A DNA stretch of 64,000 bases from Leptonemataceae bacterium (GTDB taxonomy: Bacteria > Spirochaetota > Leptospiria > Leptospirales > Leptonemataceae), in the NCBI GenBank assembly GCA_965227295.1, contig OZ245742.1, positions 4,640,206-4,704,205 of the forward strand, read 5' to 3'. The translations under genes and the position numbers were made by a program. Below the pieces are notes generated by a model, which did no database searches, was not told the DNA's origin, and saw nothing but the letters and a program-made list of their open reading frames with translations. This document shows, piece after piece, positions 27,142 to 37,803 of the stretch (positions are counted from its first letter, which is position 1; each line of letters opens with the position of its first letter).

Positions 27142-30100
27142 TCAAGATCTTTTCAGGATTTCCCGCGGCTTGTTCCCCACCGCCGGCCCGAGCAGGCCCT
27201 TGCGTTCCATTTCTTCGATAATGCTCGCCGCCCGGTTGTAGCCGATGCGCAGTCGCCGCTGGATGTACGAGGTCGAGGTCTTGCCGGACTCCAGGACGAT
27301 CTTCCACGCCTGCTGGAACAGCTCCGCATCCACGCTCTCATCCGACCCGTCGTCATCGAGATCGTCGAAGTCGTCGAGGTCCACGTAGACCGGCTCCCCG
27401 AAACGCGCTGATTCCAGGACGATATCCTCGATCTCGGCCTCGGTAATGAGCGGGGCCTGAATGCGCGTGAGCGAGGTGGCGCTGGGCGAACGATACAGCA
27501 TGTCGCCCTTGCCGAGCAGGGTTTCCGCGCCGTTCATATCCAGGATCGTGCGCGAGTCGGTCTTCTGCGCGACGTGAAAGGCGATGCGCGCCGGGCAGTT
27601 GGCCTTGATGAGCGCGGTAATGACATCTACAGACGGACGCTGAGTGGCCATGACCACGTGGATGCCCACGGCGCGGGCCTTCTGCGTGAGGCGAATGATC
27701 GAATCTTCCACGTCCTTGGCGGCCACCATCATCAGGTCGGAGAGCTCGTCGATGAACACGACCAGGTACGGCATCTTCGTCGCCGCGCCGTTCGCTTCTC
27801 CCATTCCCGGCAGGCGCGCCTGGGAGGCCATACGTTCGTTGTACGATCGAATATCGCGACACTTATGATGTGAAAGAATGGCGTACCGTTTTTCCATCTC
27901 CCCCACGACCCAGGAGAGCGCCTTCGAGGCCTGACGCACGTCGGTGATGACCGGCATGATCAAATGCGGAATGCCCTCGTAGAGTTTCAGCTCCACCATC
28001 TTCGGATCAATCATCAGAAAACGAACGTCTTCCGGCGAACGCGTGTACAACAGCGACGCGATGATGGAGTTCATGTAGACGGACTTACCGGCACCCGTCG
28101 CCCCGGCGATGAGCAGGTGCGGGAGACGCGTAAGATCGACGTACTGCTTTTCGCCGGCGATGTTTTTGCCGAGGACGACGCACAGATCTTTGCGCATCAT
28201 GACATCGCGGTCGAGCATGTCGCCGAGCACGACGCCCTCGCGGTTCCGGTTGGGGATCTCGATCCCCACGGTCGGCTTGCCGGGAATCGGAGCGATGATC
28301 CGCACGGACGCCGCCTCTAAGTTCATCTTAATTTCATCGGAGATGCTCAGGATGCGATTCACGCGCACGCCCGGTTCCAGTTTCACTTCGTAGAGCGTAA
28401 TGATCGGGCCGCGCTGGGTGCTCACAACCCGCGCCTGGATACCGTAGTCCTGCATGACCTTTTCCAGACGCTCGCGGGTCTGTTCGATCTCCCGACTGAC
28501 ATCTTGCGGCAGCGGTCGCTCCGGTTTGCTCAACACGTTCATGGGCAGATGATAACGTTTCGCCTTCATGCGAAACTCGGGCACGCCCGACGTGGGCGGA
28601 CGTTTCGCTTTACGGGGCGCGGGCGCCGCCGCGGCGACGGGTCCTTCGTCTTCGAAGTCGTCGTCGGATTCGGCGTCCTCGAATGCGTCGGCGACGCCGG
28701 CATCGTCGTCCGTTTCGTCGCCTGCCTCGGCGTTGTCCATCTCCACGGAAACATCCGCAGCTTCCGACGCTTCGATGGTATCGTCTTCCGCATCAAAAGC
28801 GTCTTCTACCGGGAGAATCTCCGCCGGGGGCGCTTCGTTAGCTTCCAGGGAATCATAGTTAGAATTCGGCCTGGTTTCGAAGGCGGCCTCGGTGATCTCG
28901 TCGCGATTCAACTCGACGCGTTCCGGCAGCTTGCGTTCCGCGACCCGGCGCTCCCGGCGTTCCAGCAGGTTCAGATCCATGGAACGCATCAGCGATACGT
29001 CGTGTTCACGGCCCTCGTCACGATTGCGCAGGAACGAGGCGGCCTCCCGGCGCGGTCGGCGCGGCTCGGGAACCGTCGTGCGAAAATGAAAGCGGCTTTC
29101 GTCGTCGTTAAAGAATCCGCGCAGGGATTCGTCGTCCCCACGGCGCATCCGGGCGGCCGGGGCGGCCTCACGACGATGGTAGGAACTCTTACGCGATTCG
29201 CTGGAATCTCGCGCGTCCGATTTCGGATGCCCGGCCGGGCGCACGCTCCGCGGTTCGTTCTGCCCCAGCAGGCGTTCCAGATTTTCTTCAAGACTGCGCG
29301 CGTTGCGGGAAACGGCCAGACGCTTTTGATCCACCCGGCCCCGCGCCTCGCGGACTCCACGGGGATCCAGGCCGTCGAATTCGTCGTCGAAGTCCGCGTC
29401 CTCGTAAGACTCCGACCAATCATCCACAACGTAGGACTCCTCGTCGTCGGTGGCTGCGCTTTGTTTGACTGATTCCACGGCTTCCGGGTCCGGCAGGATC
29501 ACCCGCTGAACCCAGGGTCGCCGCTGCCCGCTTTCCAACCGCACCAGTTCCGGTTTCGCCGGAGTCGCCGCAGCATTTGTAGGAACTCTTACATTTTCCG
29601 ATTCGGGCGCGGCGGCCGGAGCCGGAGTCCCCGAACCAGCGGGGTTGCCCTGCGCCGCGGCGGCCCAGGCCGAACGAAAGCCGTAGGCCCCGTCGCCGCT
29701 GAGCGCGTCGGAGTAGTTGCGCAGGCTTTGCATGATACGCATCTGCAACTGCGCGAGAAAAATCGGAATCGGAATGCGGATCGCCAGGAAGAGACCCGCC
29801 GTAAAGATCGCGAACGAAACCAGAAAACCGCCATAGTAACCGAACAGAAACTGGAAGCCCCGCCCCAGGCGCGAGCCGATGATACCGCCGGCCGCTTCAG
29901 AAGGTCGGCCGTCCAGATGATACAGAAACGCGCCGACGAGCGAGGTGCCGGCCATGACCACGAGCACCGCCACGATGCGCGACAGCGGGTCGGTAAAACC
30001 GCCGCGGTAAAAGGTAAGGCAGCCGAGCAGGAACAGGTACGGCCCCAGCAGGAACGCCGATTTCCCGAACAGAAAGAAGAGCAACTCGGAGGCGTAGTGA

Positions 30101-30282
30101 CCGACCGTGCCGATCAGATTGGCCTCGGGCAGCGGCGCCTCCCCGGCCTGGAGCTGGGCCTGGAACGACGCCAGGGCCAGGAAGACCAGCACGCCGACGA
30201 GAATCAAGATCGTACCGAAGAGCTCGGTGAGACCGGACTTTTTCGGGAGATTCGGGGACGGATTGACTGCGGGTTCCTCCAT
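27142..30282 (-). CDS. ftsK: DNA translocase FtsK
   Basis: N-terminal TM helices, a long acidic linker, the motor domain (LLIAGATGAGKSV, VVFIDELSDLMM, MATQRPSVDVIT) and the gamma winged helix (YIQRRLRIGYNRAASIIEEME). Confidence 0.95.
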   Translation of the reverse strand: MEEPAVNPSPNLPKKSGLTELFGTILILVGVLVFLALASFQAQLQAGEAPLPEANLIGTVGHYASELLFFLFGKSAFLLGPYLFLLGCLTFYRGGFTDPLSRIVAVLVVMAGTSLVGAFLYHLDGRPSEAAGGIIGSRLGRGFQFLFGYYGGFLVSFAIFTAGLFLAIRIPIPIFLAQLQMRIMQSLRNYSDALSGDGAYGFRSAWAAAAQGNPAGSGTPAPAAAPESENVRVPTNAAATPAKPELVRLESGQRRPWVQRVILPDPEAVESVKQSAATDDEESYVVDDWSESYEDADFDDEFDGLDPRGVREARGRVDQKRLAVSRNARSLEENLERLLGQNEPRSVRPAGHPKSDARDSSESRKSSYHRREAAPAARMRRGDDESLRGFFNDDESRFHFRTTVPEPRRPRREAASFLRNRDEGREHDVSLMRSMDLNLLERRERRVAERKLPERVELNRDEITEAAFETRPNSNYDSLEANEAPPAEILPVEDAFDAEDDTIEASEAADVSVEMDNAEAGDETDDDAGVADAFEDAESDDDFEDEGPVAAAAPAPRKAKRPPTSGVPEFRMKAKRYHLPMNVLSKPERPLPQDVSREIEQTRERLEKVMQDYGIQARVVSTQRGPIITLYEVKLEPGVRVNRILSISDEIKMNLEAASVRIIAPIPGKPTVGIEIPNRNREGVVLGDMLDRDVMMRKDLCVVLGKNIAGEKQYVDLTRLPHLLIAGATGAGKSVYMNSIIASLLYTRSPEDVRFLMIDPKMVELKLYEGIPHLIMPVITDVRQASKALSWVVGEMEKRYAILSHHKCRDIRSYNERMASQARLPGMGEANGAATKMPYLVVFIDELSDLMMVAAKDVEDSIIRLTQKARAVGIHVVMATQRPSVDVITALIKANCPARIAFHVAQKTDSRTILDMNGAETLLGKGDMLYRSPSATSLTRIQAPLITEAEIEDIVLESARFGEPVYVDLDDFDDLDDDGSDESVDAELFQQAWKIVLESGKTSTSYIQRRLRIGYNRAASIIEEMERKGLLGPAVGNKPREILKRS

Positions 30283-30476
30283 ACCCGTAGATTATCGGAG
30301 GTTGCGCTCAATCGCTTCGGTAGAAAACCGGCGGCGATCGAAGCGTTTTCACCGCGGAGGCGCAAAGGACACGGCCGTCGCGCTTCTACCAGTCTTTAGC
30401 CTCGGTGACCTCGGAGTCCCGGTGGTTCATTCACTCTTCTTCTCTCGGCGCCTCGGTCCTCGGAGTCATCTTCCTC

Positions 30477-30932
30477 TCAAGCAATCCCCGTAGACCCGAA
30501 ACCACCCGTCCCGCGCTCGCTGCCTTCCAATTCGGTGAGGCTCTCGACTTCCTCCCACTCGAAGTCGAGCCGCCGTTCCAGCAGCATCTGCGCAATGCGA
30601 TCCCCGTGCCGAATCCGCACCGGATCCCGGCCCAGGTTCATGACGATCACCCGCAGTTCGCCGCGGTAGTCCGAGTCGATGGTACCGGGGGCGTTCGGCA
30701 GGGTGAGTCCCTCTTTCAACGCCAGGCCGGAGCGCGGGCGGAGGGAGATGAAGTACTCGTCGGGAATTTCGAAGGTGAGCCCGGTGGGGATCGTCGCCCG
30801 TTCGCCAGGGGGAACGATCACGTAAATGTCGGGTTCGAGGCAGGCACAAACGTCCAGCGCGGCCGAACCGGGAGTGGAACGCTCCGGGAGTTTCGCCCCC
30901 GGAGCACGATGGATTTTGACGCGGGGATTCAC
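30477..30932 (-). CDS. dut: dUTP diphosphatase
   Basis: Dut motifs GSAALD, RPRSGLA, PGTIDSDYRGEL and ERGTGGFGSTG. Confidence 0.92.
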   Translation of the reverse strand: MNPRVKIHRAPGAKLPERSTPGSAALDVCACLEPDIYVIVPPGERATIPTGLTFEIPDEYFISLRPRSGLALKEGLTLPNAPGTIDSDYRGELRVIVMNLGRDPVRIRHGDRIAQMLLERRLDFEWEEVESLTELEGSERGTGGFGSTGIA

Positions 30933-30984
30933 AAAGACAGCTCACACTGTCGAAGCAGCGGACGCAAGAGTCTTTTTCGATGCT

Positions 30985-31312
30985 GAAATACGCTCGCGCA
31001 CTCCCCGGACCATGAGGTAAGTGACGGTCAGTTTAGATTAAGAAGAATATGGTTACGGCTGGTTCGAGGGGCAAGGCCACGCTTGTCGTGGCCGCGACAG
31101 TTATTCCCCTCGCACGGAGGTCAGGCCGGGGAGCGTGTTCAGGCGCACCGGAACGGCGTCTTCGTCGCAAGAGTCGCCGGAACGGAGTCGCACCAGGCGC
31201 GTCCGGGTCGAAACGAGCGTTCTTTGCAAAACGAAATTCCACAACTCCGAAGAGCCGTAGCATAACAATCCACTTCAGAAAACCGCGGTTTACTTCCTGA
31301 TTCTCACGGCGG
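30985..31312 (-). repeat. Single copy (minus orientation) of the ~330-bp intergenic repeat family
   Basis: The reverse complement aligns with the units at 55.2 and 61.3 kb. Shared blocks: CTACGGCTCTTCGGAGTTGTGGAATTTCGTTTTG, TTCGACCCGGAC, CGACGAAGACGCCGTTCCGGTGCGCC, GAACCAGCCGT, CACTTAC. The best-conserved core is 31016-31310. The dut-proximal end is degenerate. Confidence 0.8.
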
Positions 31313-31324
31313 CGTCCTGACGAC

Positions 31325-31348
31325 GACAGGGTCCCGAAAGACCCTGCC
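31325..31348 (-). other. Stable stem-loop 23 nt downstream of the pnp stop (possible 3'-end or processing hairpin)
   Basis: The minus-strand RNA reads GGCAGGGUC-UUUCGG-GACCCUGUC, a 9-bp stem with one G-U pair. There is no U-tract, so it is not a classical intrinsic terminator. Confidence 0.3.
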
Positions 31349-31371
31349 GTTCGACCGTTCACCGCGCATGA

Positions 31372-33609
31372 TCAGCGCCGCGGGCCGCCGCGACCGCGGC
31401 CGCCGTCGCGACCCCCGCCGCCGCGCCGGGCGCCGTCACGGCCGCCGCGACCACCACGGTCGCCGCCACGATCCCCGCGGCCGTTGCTGCCGCCGGCGGG
31501 AATCTTGCCGTGCAGGTCCTTGTGGATGAGGTCCACGCGGCCCTGACGATCCACGCCGAGGACGACCACGGGCACGATGTCGCCTTCTTTATAGAGGTCT
31601 TCCACCGAACGCACGCGCTCTTCGGACATCTTCGAGATGTGCAGCAGGCCTTCTTTGCCCGGAAACAACTCAATGAACGCGCCGAATTCCGCGATGCGTT
31701 TGACCACGCCCTCGTAGGTATCGCCTTCCGTCAGATCGCGGAAGATGTTCAGGATCATGTCCTCCGCGGCCTGGTTCGCTTCAGCCGACGGCGAAGCGAT
31801 GGCCACGGAGCCGTCGTCTTCGACGGAGATGTCCGCACCGGTCTTTTCGATGATCGCACGAATGATCTTGCCGCCGGGGCCGATCAACTCGCCGATGCGA
31901 TCCGGATCGATGTGGATCGTCTTAATGCGCGGTGCGTTGGGGTTAATGTCGGCCCGGGCTTCGGCCAGGGCCGCGTTCATTTTACCCAGGATGTGGTTGC
32001 GACCGGCCTCGGCCTGGGTCAGAGCCTCGCGCAGAATGTCGATGCTGATGCCCTTGAGTTTGAGGTCGAGCTGGAAGGCGGTGATGCCCTTCTCGGTGCC
32101 CGCGACCTTGAAGTCCATGTCGCCGAAGTGGTCTTCAATGCCCGCGATGTCGGAAAGAATCGCGTATTTGCCGTCTTCGCCGGTGAACAGACCCATCGCA
32201 ATGCCGGAGACCGGCGCTGAGACGGGCACGCCCGCGGCCATCATACCCAACGAACCGGAGCACACCGTCGCCATCGAGGACGAACCGTTGGACTCCATGA
32301 TTTCCGACACGATGCGAATGGTGTACGGGAAGGTGTCGTGTTTCGGCAGGACCGCGTTCAGCGCGCGCCAGGCCAGGTTGCCGTGACCGATCTCCCTGCG
32401 ACCGGGGCCCATCATGCGTTTGACCTCGCCGACGGAGTACGGCGGGAAGTTGTAGTGCAACAGGAAGTTGCGCTCCTTCTGGCCGGCCAGGGTTTCGTAG
32501 CGCTGCGCGTCCGAGGCGGTGCCCAGGGTCACGACGCCCAGGGCCTGGGTCTGCCCGCGCGTAAACACCGCCGAGCCGTGGGCGCCGGGCAGGACGTCCA
32601 GCTCCACGGAGATGTCGCGGATTTCGTCGGGCTTGCGGCCGTCGGCACGTTGGTTGTTTTCGAAGATGTTGTTGCGTACGACCTCGTACTCGAGTTCGTG
32701 CAACTCGTTCTTGATGTCTTTGATGTGACGTTCGATCTTCTCGACGCCGTCCGCCGTTAACTTAACTTCGAAGTGAGTTACGGTTTCTTTGTATACGGCG
32801 TCGATGCCGTCGCCCCGGGCTTTTTTGTCGGAGTTCTGGTTGGCGCTTTTCAGTTTCTCGAACGCGAATTCGCGCACGGCTTTCATGAGGTCCGCGTCCG
32901 GCAGGCGCAGGTTGACCTCGCGTTTCTCGACGCCGACGTCTTTGGCCAGGTCGAGCTGCATCTGGAGCTTTTTCTTGATGGCCGCGTGGCCGAATTCCAG
33001 AGCTGCCAGGATCTCGTCGTTCGTGAACTCCTGGGCGCCGCCTTCGATCATCGTCAGGGCGTCGGCGGAGCCGGCCAGGATCAGTTCGATGTCACTTTTC
33101 TCGCGCTCTTCGGCGGAGGGATCGGCCACGAAGTTGCCGTCGATACGACCGACGACCACGCCGCCGATAGGGCCGTCGAAGGGAATGTCCGAAACCATGA
33201 GGGCCGCGGAAGCCGCCGTCAGGGCGTGGCCTTCCACGGAGGTCGTGGGATCGGCGGAGAGCTGGGTTACGAGGAGCTGGACCTCGGAAAAGTAGCCCTT
33301 CGGAAAGAGCGGGCGGATGGGCCGGTCGATGATCCGGGACATAAGCGTCTCGTGATCCGCCGGGCGGTTTTCTCTTTTAAAGTAACCGCCGGGAATACGG
33401 CCGGCGGCATAGAACTTCTCGCGATAGTCAACGGTCAGGGGAAAGAAGTCCTGACCTTCGCGGGCTTCTTTTTCGGCACAGACGGTTGCGAGCAGCACCA
33501 GGTCTCCGCTGCGATAGACGACGGAGCCGTGGGCTTGCTTCGCCCAGTTACCATTTTCGATGGATACGGTGCGAGATTCGATCTCGACTTCTTGTTTGTG
33601 AACGGGCAT
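31372..33609 (-). CDS. pnp: Polyribonucleotide nucleotidyltransferase (PNPase) with an RGG-rich C-terminal tail
   Basis: Two RNase PH domains, KH ([11 protein letters not shown]) and S1 ([15 protein letters not shown]) domains, then a 45-aa Gly/Arg tail. Confidence 0.95.
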   Translation of the reverse strand: MPVHKQEVEIESRTVSIENGNWAKQAHGSVVYRSGDLVLLATVCAEKEAREGQDFFPLTVDYREKFYAAGRIPGGYFKRENRPADHETLMSRIIDRPIRPLFPKGYFSEVQLLVTQLSADPTTSVEGHALTAASAALMVSDIPFDGPIGGVVVGRIDGNFVADPSAEEREKSDIELILAGSADALTMIEGGAQEFTNDEILAALEFGHAAIKKKLQMQLDLAKDVGVEKREVNLRLPDADLMKAVREFAFEKLKSANQNSDKKARGDGIDAVYKETVTHFEVKLTADGVEKIERHIKDIKNELHELEYEVVRNNIFENNQRADGRKPDEIRDISVELDVLPGAHGSAVFTRGQTQALGVVTLGTASDAQRYETLAGQKERNFLLHYNFPPYSVGEVKRMMGPGRREIGHGNLAWRALNAVLPKHDTFPYTIRIVSEIMESNGSSSMATVCSGSLGMMAAGVPVSAPVSGIAMGLFTGEDGKYAILSDIAGIEDHFGDMDFKVAGTEKGITAFQLDLKLKGISIDILREALTQAEAGRNHILGKMNAALAEARADINPNAPRIKTIHIDPDRIGELIGPGGKIIRAIIEKTGADISVEDDGSVAIASPSAEANQAAEDMILNIFRDLTEGDTYEGVVKRIAEFGAFIELFPGKEGLLHISKMSEERVRSVEDLYKEGDIVPVVVLGVDRQGRVDLIHKDLHGKIPAGGSNGRGDRGGDRGGRGGRDGARRGGGGRDGGRGRGGPRR

Positions 33610-33639
33610 AGACCACCTCGTCGAACAGGGGCGGCCGGA

Positions 33640-33906
33640 TTACTTGCGGATGCCGAGGCGTTGGATCAGATCACGGTATTTGTCGAAGTCTTTTTTCTTG
33701 AGATAGTCAAGCAGTCGACGACGTCTGCCGACGAGCTTGAGCAGTCCACGGCGCGAGTGATGATCTTTCGCGTGGAGTTTAAAGTGCTCCGTGAGATCAC
33801 GGATGCGTGCGGTGAGGAGGGCTACCTGGACCTCGGTGGAACCCGTGTCCTTATCGTGCCTGCGATTGTCCTGAATGATGTCCTTTTTCTGCGCCTGTTC
33901 GATCAT
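33640..33906 (-). CDS. rpsO: 30S ribosomal protein S15
   Basis: [44 protein letters not shown]. Confidence 0.95.
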   Translation of the reverse strand: MIEQAQKKDIIQDNRRHDKDTGSTEVQVALLTARIRDLTEHFKLHAKDHHSRRGLLKLVGRRRRLLDYLKKKDFDKYRDLIQRLGIRK

Positions 33907-33998
33907 ACTGATTCAATTCTTCTAAGTTGCGCAATCATTTAGGGGGCGGCTCTTGCGGGAAGTACTTTTTGTACAGGAACGACTGGAAAACTAAAATC

Positions 33999-34931
33999 TT
34001 ACTGATTTACGAAGACCCGGCGAAACTCGTAGCGCCCGCCGCCCATGCTCCGGCACCAGGCCAGGACTTCCCCTCGGTCGTCGCGGAAAAAAAAGTCCCG
34101 CCCCTCCCCCGGCAGGTCTTCCGGTGCCAGAGCTGGACGTCGACCCTGCACAATGTCCGCCGCCACGTCCGGGGGAACCGAAAGAGTGGGCCATTCCGGA
34201 AGGATCTCAAGCGGCGAAACGATCTCCGGCGCGTTCTGATCCGGAACCCACAACCGCGGATCATCCAGGCGATGGGAACCCAGGCCCGTCCGTCGTAGCG
34301 CGGCCAGGTGGAGCGGAAAATCCAGGGCCTCGCTGAGATCCCGGGCAAACGAACGAATGTAGGTCCCGCCGCTGACGGAAAGATCCACGGCCAGTGTGCC
34401 CTCATCTGCATTGATCTTAACATTCTCTACAGAGTAAACGGTTATGTTCCGCGCAGCGGGCATAGTATCGTCACCACAACGGGCCCGATCCGAAAAGCGA
34501 CGGCCGTCTTTCTTGAGTGCCGAGTAAAGCGGCGGCGTCTGTTTGTTTTGCCGGCGCCAGGCCCGGACCAGGGCCCCGATCCGGTCCCGCGTCGACTCGT
34601 CTCCCAAATACTCGCGAACCGTCGCATCATCCTTCTCCGCAAGGACCTTGCCGGTGGGATCGTGGGTGTCCGTGAACGAGCCGAAGCGAAAGACGGCGGC
34701 GTAGCTTTTGTCGGCGTGGAGAAACTGTTCGGCCAGAGACGTCGCGCGTCCCACCGGCAAGAGCATGAGGCCGCTCGCGAAACGATCCAGGGTACCGGTG
34801 TGGCCGGCGCGAATCCCGCCGAGTTCCCGACGCAACCGACCGACGAGGGCCGCGGACCCCAGGCCCGCCGGTTTATCGGCCAGAACAAAACCGTTGCGTA
34901 CGGCGGCTTCAGCTTTCGGAGGTTTCGTCAA
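33999..34931 (-). CDS. truB: tRNA pseudouridine(55) synthase TruB
   Basis: The catalytic motif GHTGTLDRFASG and YSALKKDGRR are present. It sits in the conserved position between rbfA and rpsO. Confidence 0.9.
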   Translation of the reverse strand: MTKPPKAEAAVRNGFVLADKPAGLGSAALVGRLRRELGGIRAGHTGTLDRFASGLMLLPVGRATSLAEQFLHADKSYAAVFRFGSFTDTHDPTGKVLAEKDDATVREYLGDESTRDRIGALVRAWRRQNKQTPPLYSALKKDGRRFSDRARCGDDTMPAARNITVYSVENVKINADEGTLAVDLSVSGGTYIRSFARDLSEALDFPLHLAALRRTGLGSHRLDDPRLWVPDQNAPEIVSPLEILPEWPTLSVPPDVAADIVQGRRPALAPEDLPGEGRDFFFRDDRGEVLAWCRSMGGGRYEFRRVFVNQ

Positions 34932-35274
34932 CGCTCTGTTGTTCGATTAAGTTGAGAATGCGATCGCCCTCGGCGATGCTCGTGTCGATTTCGTAGCGCA
35001 GTCGCGGCGTCTGGCGCAGGCGCAGGGCCCGCCCCATCTCACTCTGGAACCAGCCCAGGTTTTCAATGAGTCCCTTCCAGGTATCGCGGTTCTCCTGATC
35101 CTGCGCGCCGAAGAGCGAGACCTTTACTACGGCCGTGGAAAGATCCGCGGCAACGTCCACTCCGGTCACCGAAACAAAGCCGATGCGTTCGTCCTTAATG
35201 CGCCGCTTGATGATGAGATTCGACATCTCGCGGAGCATCGCGGACTCCAGTCGCTTTTTACGCAAAGGTCGCAC
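34909..35274 (-). CDS. rbfA: Ribosome-binding factor A
   Basis: RIGFVSVTGVDVAADLSTAVVKVSLFG ... LRQTPRLRYEID. There is a 23-nt overlap with the truB start. Confidence 0.88.
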   Translation of the reverse strand: MRPLRKKRLESAMLREMSNLIIKRRIKDERIGFVSVTGVDVAADLSTAVVKVSLFGAQDQENRDTWKGLIENLGWFQSEMGRALRLRQTPRLRYEIDTSIAEGDRILNLIEQQSVDETSES

Positions 35275-35318
35275 GAAAATACCTTAAGCGCGGCGTTCAT
35301 GCAACGCCGCGCGTCCGC

Positions 35319-37742
35319 TCAAAGTTTGCGGGCGACCTCTTTGATCTCGAAGGCTTCGATTTCGTCGCCGACCTGAAAGTCGTTGAACCCGTCGAAAGAA
35401 ATACCGCACTCGAAACCCTCGGAGACTTCCTGAGCGTCGTCCTTGTGACGTTTGAGCGCCTTGATCTTGCCGGTATGCGTGACCACGCTGTCGCGGATGA
35501 TGCGCACGGACTCGTTGCGTTTGATCTTGCCCTGCGTGACCATACAACCGGCGACGTTGCCGACGCGAGAGATCTTGAAGACCTCGCGAATCTCCGCCCG
35601 GCCGATGGTCTCTTCGATGCGATCGGGTTCCAGCATGCCTTCCATGGCATTTTTCACATCTTCGACGACGTCGTAGATAATGCTGTAGTACTTGATATCC
35701 ACCCGCTGTTGTTCGGACAGCTCCAGGGCCCGCGGCGTCGCGCGCACCTGGAAGCCGATGACCAGCGCTTCGGACGCAGCCGCCAGGTTTACATCGTTTT
35801 CGGTAATGGCACCCGTAGCGCCGTGGATCATGCGAACGGAAACGTCTTCCGTGCTCAGCTTCAACAGACCGTCGCGGATCGCCTCCACCGAACCCTGCAC
35901 GTCCGCCTTGATGATGACGCGAACTTCTTTGGTATCCTGGGTGTCGAGGTAGTCTTTGAGACGTTTGTCGAGGGACGGGGCCTGACGGGCCACGGCCTCG
36001 GTGATTTGTTTGTAGTGCTGGCGTTTGCCGGCGACCTCGCGGCCGAACTTTTCATCCGTAACCGCGTGGAACGGGTCGCCCGCTTCCGGGACGCCGTCGA
36101 TACCGGAAATCTCCACCGGCATGGCCGGCCCGGCTTCTTTCACACGGCGGCCGAGGTCGTCAAACATCGCGCGGACCCGACCCGAGTAGACGCCGACCAC
36201 GTAGGCATCGCCTTCGCGGAGCGTTCCCTTTTGAACGAGTACCGTGGCCACGGGACCTTTGCCCGGGTCGATCTTGGCTTCCACCACACGACCGACGGCC
36301 TGCACGTCCGCGTTCGCCTTCAGGTCCAACAGCTCTGCCTGCAGTAGAATCATTTCGAGTAAGTGCTCGATGCCGATGTTTTGCTTCGCGGAGATTTCGC
36401 AGAAGACCGTATCGCCGCCCCAATCTTCCGGGCTGAGACCGTGTTCGGAGAGTTCCTTCTTCACGCGCTCCACGTCCGCCGTTGGCAGGTCCACCTTGTT
36501 GACCGCGACGATGATGGGCACTTTGGCCTCACGCGCGTGGGTGATGGCTTCTTTCGTTTGCTGCTTCACGCCGTCGTCGGCGGCCACGACCAGAATGACC
36601 AGGTCGGTTACCGCCGCACCGCGCGCCCGCATCGCCGTAAAGGCCTCGTGACCGGGAGTATCGAGGAACGTAATCGCGCCCTGCGGAATCTGCACCTGGT
36701 AGGCACCGATGTGCTGGGTGATGGCACCGGCCTCGGTATCGATGACGTTCGCGCTGCGAATGGTATCGAGGAGTTTGGTCTTACCGTGGTCGACGTGACC
36801 CATGATGGTGACCACCGGCGGACGCGTGATGCGTTCTTCGACCTTGTCCTCGTCCTCTTTGATGATGGTTTCATCGTAGAGCGAGATGACTTTGACCTCG
36901 CACTTGTACTCGGCGGCCAGGAGCGTCGCCGTATCCGCGTCGATGGCCTTGTTGATCGTAACCATCTCGCCCATTTTCATGAGCTTGCCGATCACCTCGC
37001 TGGGCTTGAGGTTCAGCTTACGCGCCAGGTCGCCGACCTGGATGGATTCCATGATTTCGATTTGTTTCGGTACGGAACTCGCGGCCGGAGCCTTCTTGCT
37101 TTGCTGTTGCTTGAAGAACTTCTGATTTTCGCCACGACGATCCCGATCGTGATGGCCGCGGCCTCCGCCGCCGCGATAGCCGCCGCCGGTACGCGGGCCA
37201 CCGCCCCCGGGGCCACCGCCTGGACCACCAGGTCCACCCGGTCCACCACCAGTGCGGCCGGCCCCTGCTCCGCCGCCACGTTGGCCGTGGCCACCCGGGC
37301 TACGCCGGGTACTTTCGAGGACTTCGTCGAACGGGGTCGCTCCACCGATGGTCGAGGGTTTGTCACCGCCGGGTCGGCGCTGGCCGCCTCCCCCCTGACG
37401 GGCTGCCGGACGCGCACCGCCGGGGCGCCCACCGCCCTGAGGCGGACGCTGGGCGTCGGGCCGCGGCGGGCCACCGCGGCCTCCGGAGCCGGGGCCTCCC
37501 TGGGAATCTCGGTTTTGTGGGCGCGGACGCGGGCGTGCGGAGCCACCCGAAGGCGCAGGACGCCCTCCCCCGGAGCCCTTTCTGCCACCCGGGGATTGTT
37601 GATCTTTGCGAAAGTGCTCGGAGATGTCTTTCTTCTGCGGGGCGACCTTTTTCTTGATGACAAGCTTTTTCTTGGCCTTCCCGCCCGAGGAACTCAGGCG
37701 ATCCTTAATTTTGCCGCTTTGTTTTTTCTTCTCTTCTGACAC
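35319..37742 (-). CDS. infB: Translation initiation factor IF-2
   Basis: G domain ([26 protein letters not shown]) preceded by a Gly/Arg/Pro-rich N-terminal region. Confidence 0.95.
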   Translation of the reverse strand: MSEEKKKQSGKIKDRLSSSGGKAKKKLVIKKKVAPQKKDISEHFRKDQQSPGGRKGSGGGRPAPSGGSARPRPRPQNRDSQGGPGSGGRGGPPRPDAQRPPQGGGRPGGARPAARQGGGGQRRPGGDKPSTIGGATPFDEVLESTRRSPGGHGQRGGGAGAGRTGGGPGGPGGPGGGPGGGGPRTGGGYRGGGGRGHHDRDRRGENQKFFKQQQSKKAPAASSVPKQIEIMESIQVGDLARKLNLKPSEVIGKLMKMGEMVTINKAIDADTATLLAAEYKCEVKVISLYDETIIKEDEDKVEERITRPPVVTIMGHVDHGKTKLLDTIRSANVIDTEAGAITQHIGAYQVQIPQGAITFLDTPGHEAFTAMRARGAAVTDLVILVVAADDGVKQQTKEAITHAREAKVPIIVAVNKVDLPTADVERVKKELSEHGLSPEDWGGDTVFCEISAKQNIGIEHLLEMILLQAELLDLKANADVQAVGRVVEAKIDPGKGPVATVLVQKGTLREGDAYVVGVYSGRVRAMFDDLGRRVKEAGPAMPVEISGIDGVPEAGDPFHAVTDEKFGREVAGKRQHYKQITEAVARQAPSLDKRLKDYLDTQDTKEVRVIIKADVQGSVEAIRDGLLKLSTEDVSVRMIHGATGAITENDVNLAAASEALVIGFQVRATPRALELSEQQRVDIKYYSIIYDVVEDVKNAMEGMLEPDRIEETIGRAEIREVFKISRVGNVAGCMVTQGKIKRNESVRIIRDSVVTHTGKIKALKRHKDDAQEVSEGFECGISFDGFNDFQVGDEIEAFEIKEVARKL

Positions 37743-37803
37743 GTTTTTACAGGTATAGGCAACGTTTCGAGCGTTGCACAGAGGAACAAGGAGAAACCGG
37801 AGC

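Noticed and set aside
30985-31312. The repeat interpreted as a MITE bounded by GGTAAGT...ACTTACC terminal inverted repeats, with the solo copy as the minimal mobile unit.
   Set aside because: Homology of the solo copy continues, in degenerate form, past the putative right terminus (TTACCTCATGGTCCGGGGAGTGCGCGAGCG versus TTACACCACGATTCGGGGCGTGCTCGAACG). The boundaries are therefore not at the inverted repeat. No target-site duplication is evident.
33927-33934. The 8-bp palindrome TTGCGCAA recurs at 311, 33927 (rpsO leader, with a 13-nt match TAAGTTGCGCAAT to the repeat unit), 43903, about 55328 and about 61563. It was considered as a possible regulator site.
   Set aside because: My rough expectation for this window is about 1 occurrence by chance. 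Two of the hits are homologous repeat copies and one is inside the lpxB coding sequence. A 13-mer match between a 330-bp unit and 64 kb on both strands is expected about 0.6 times by chance. Significance cannot be established without genome-wide counts.
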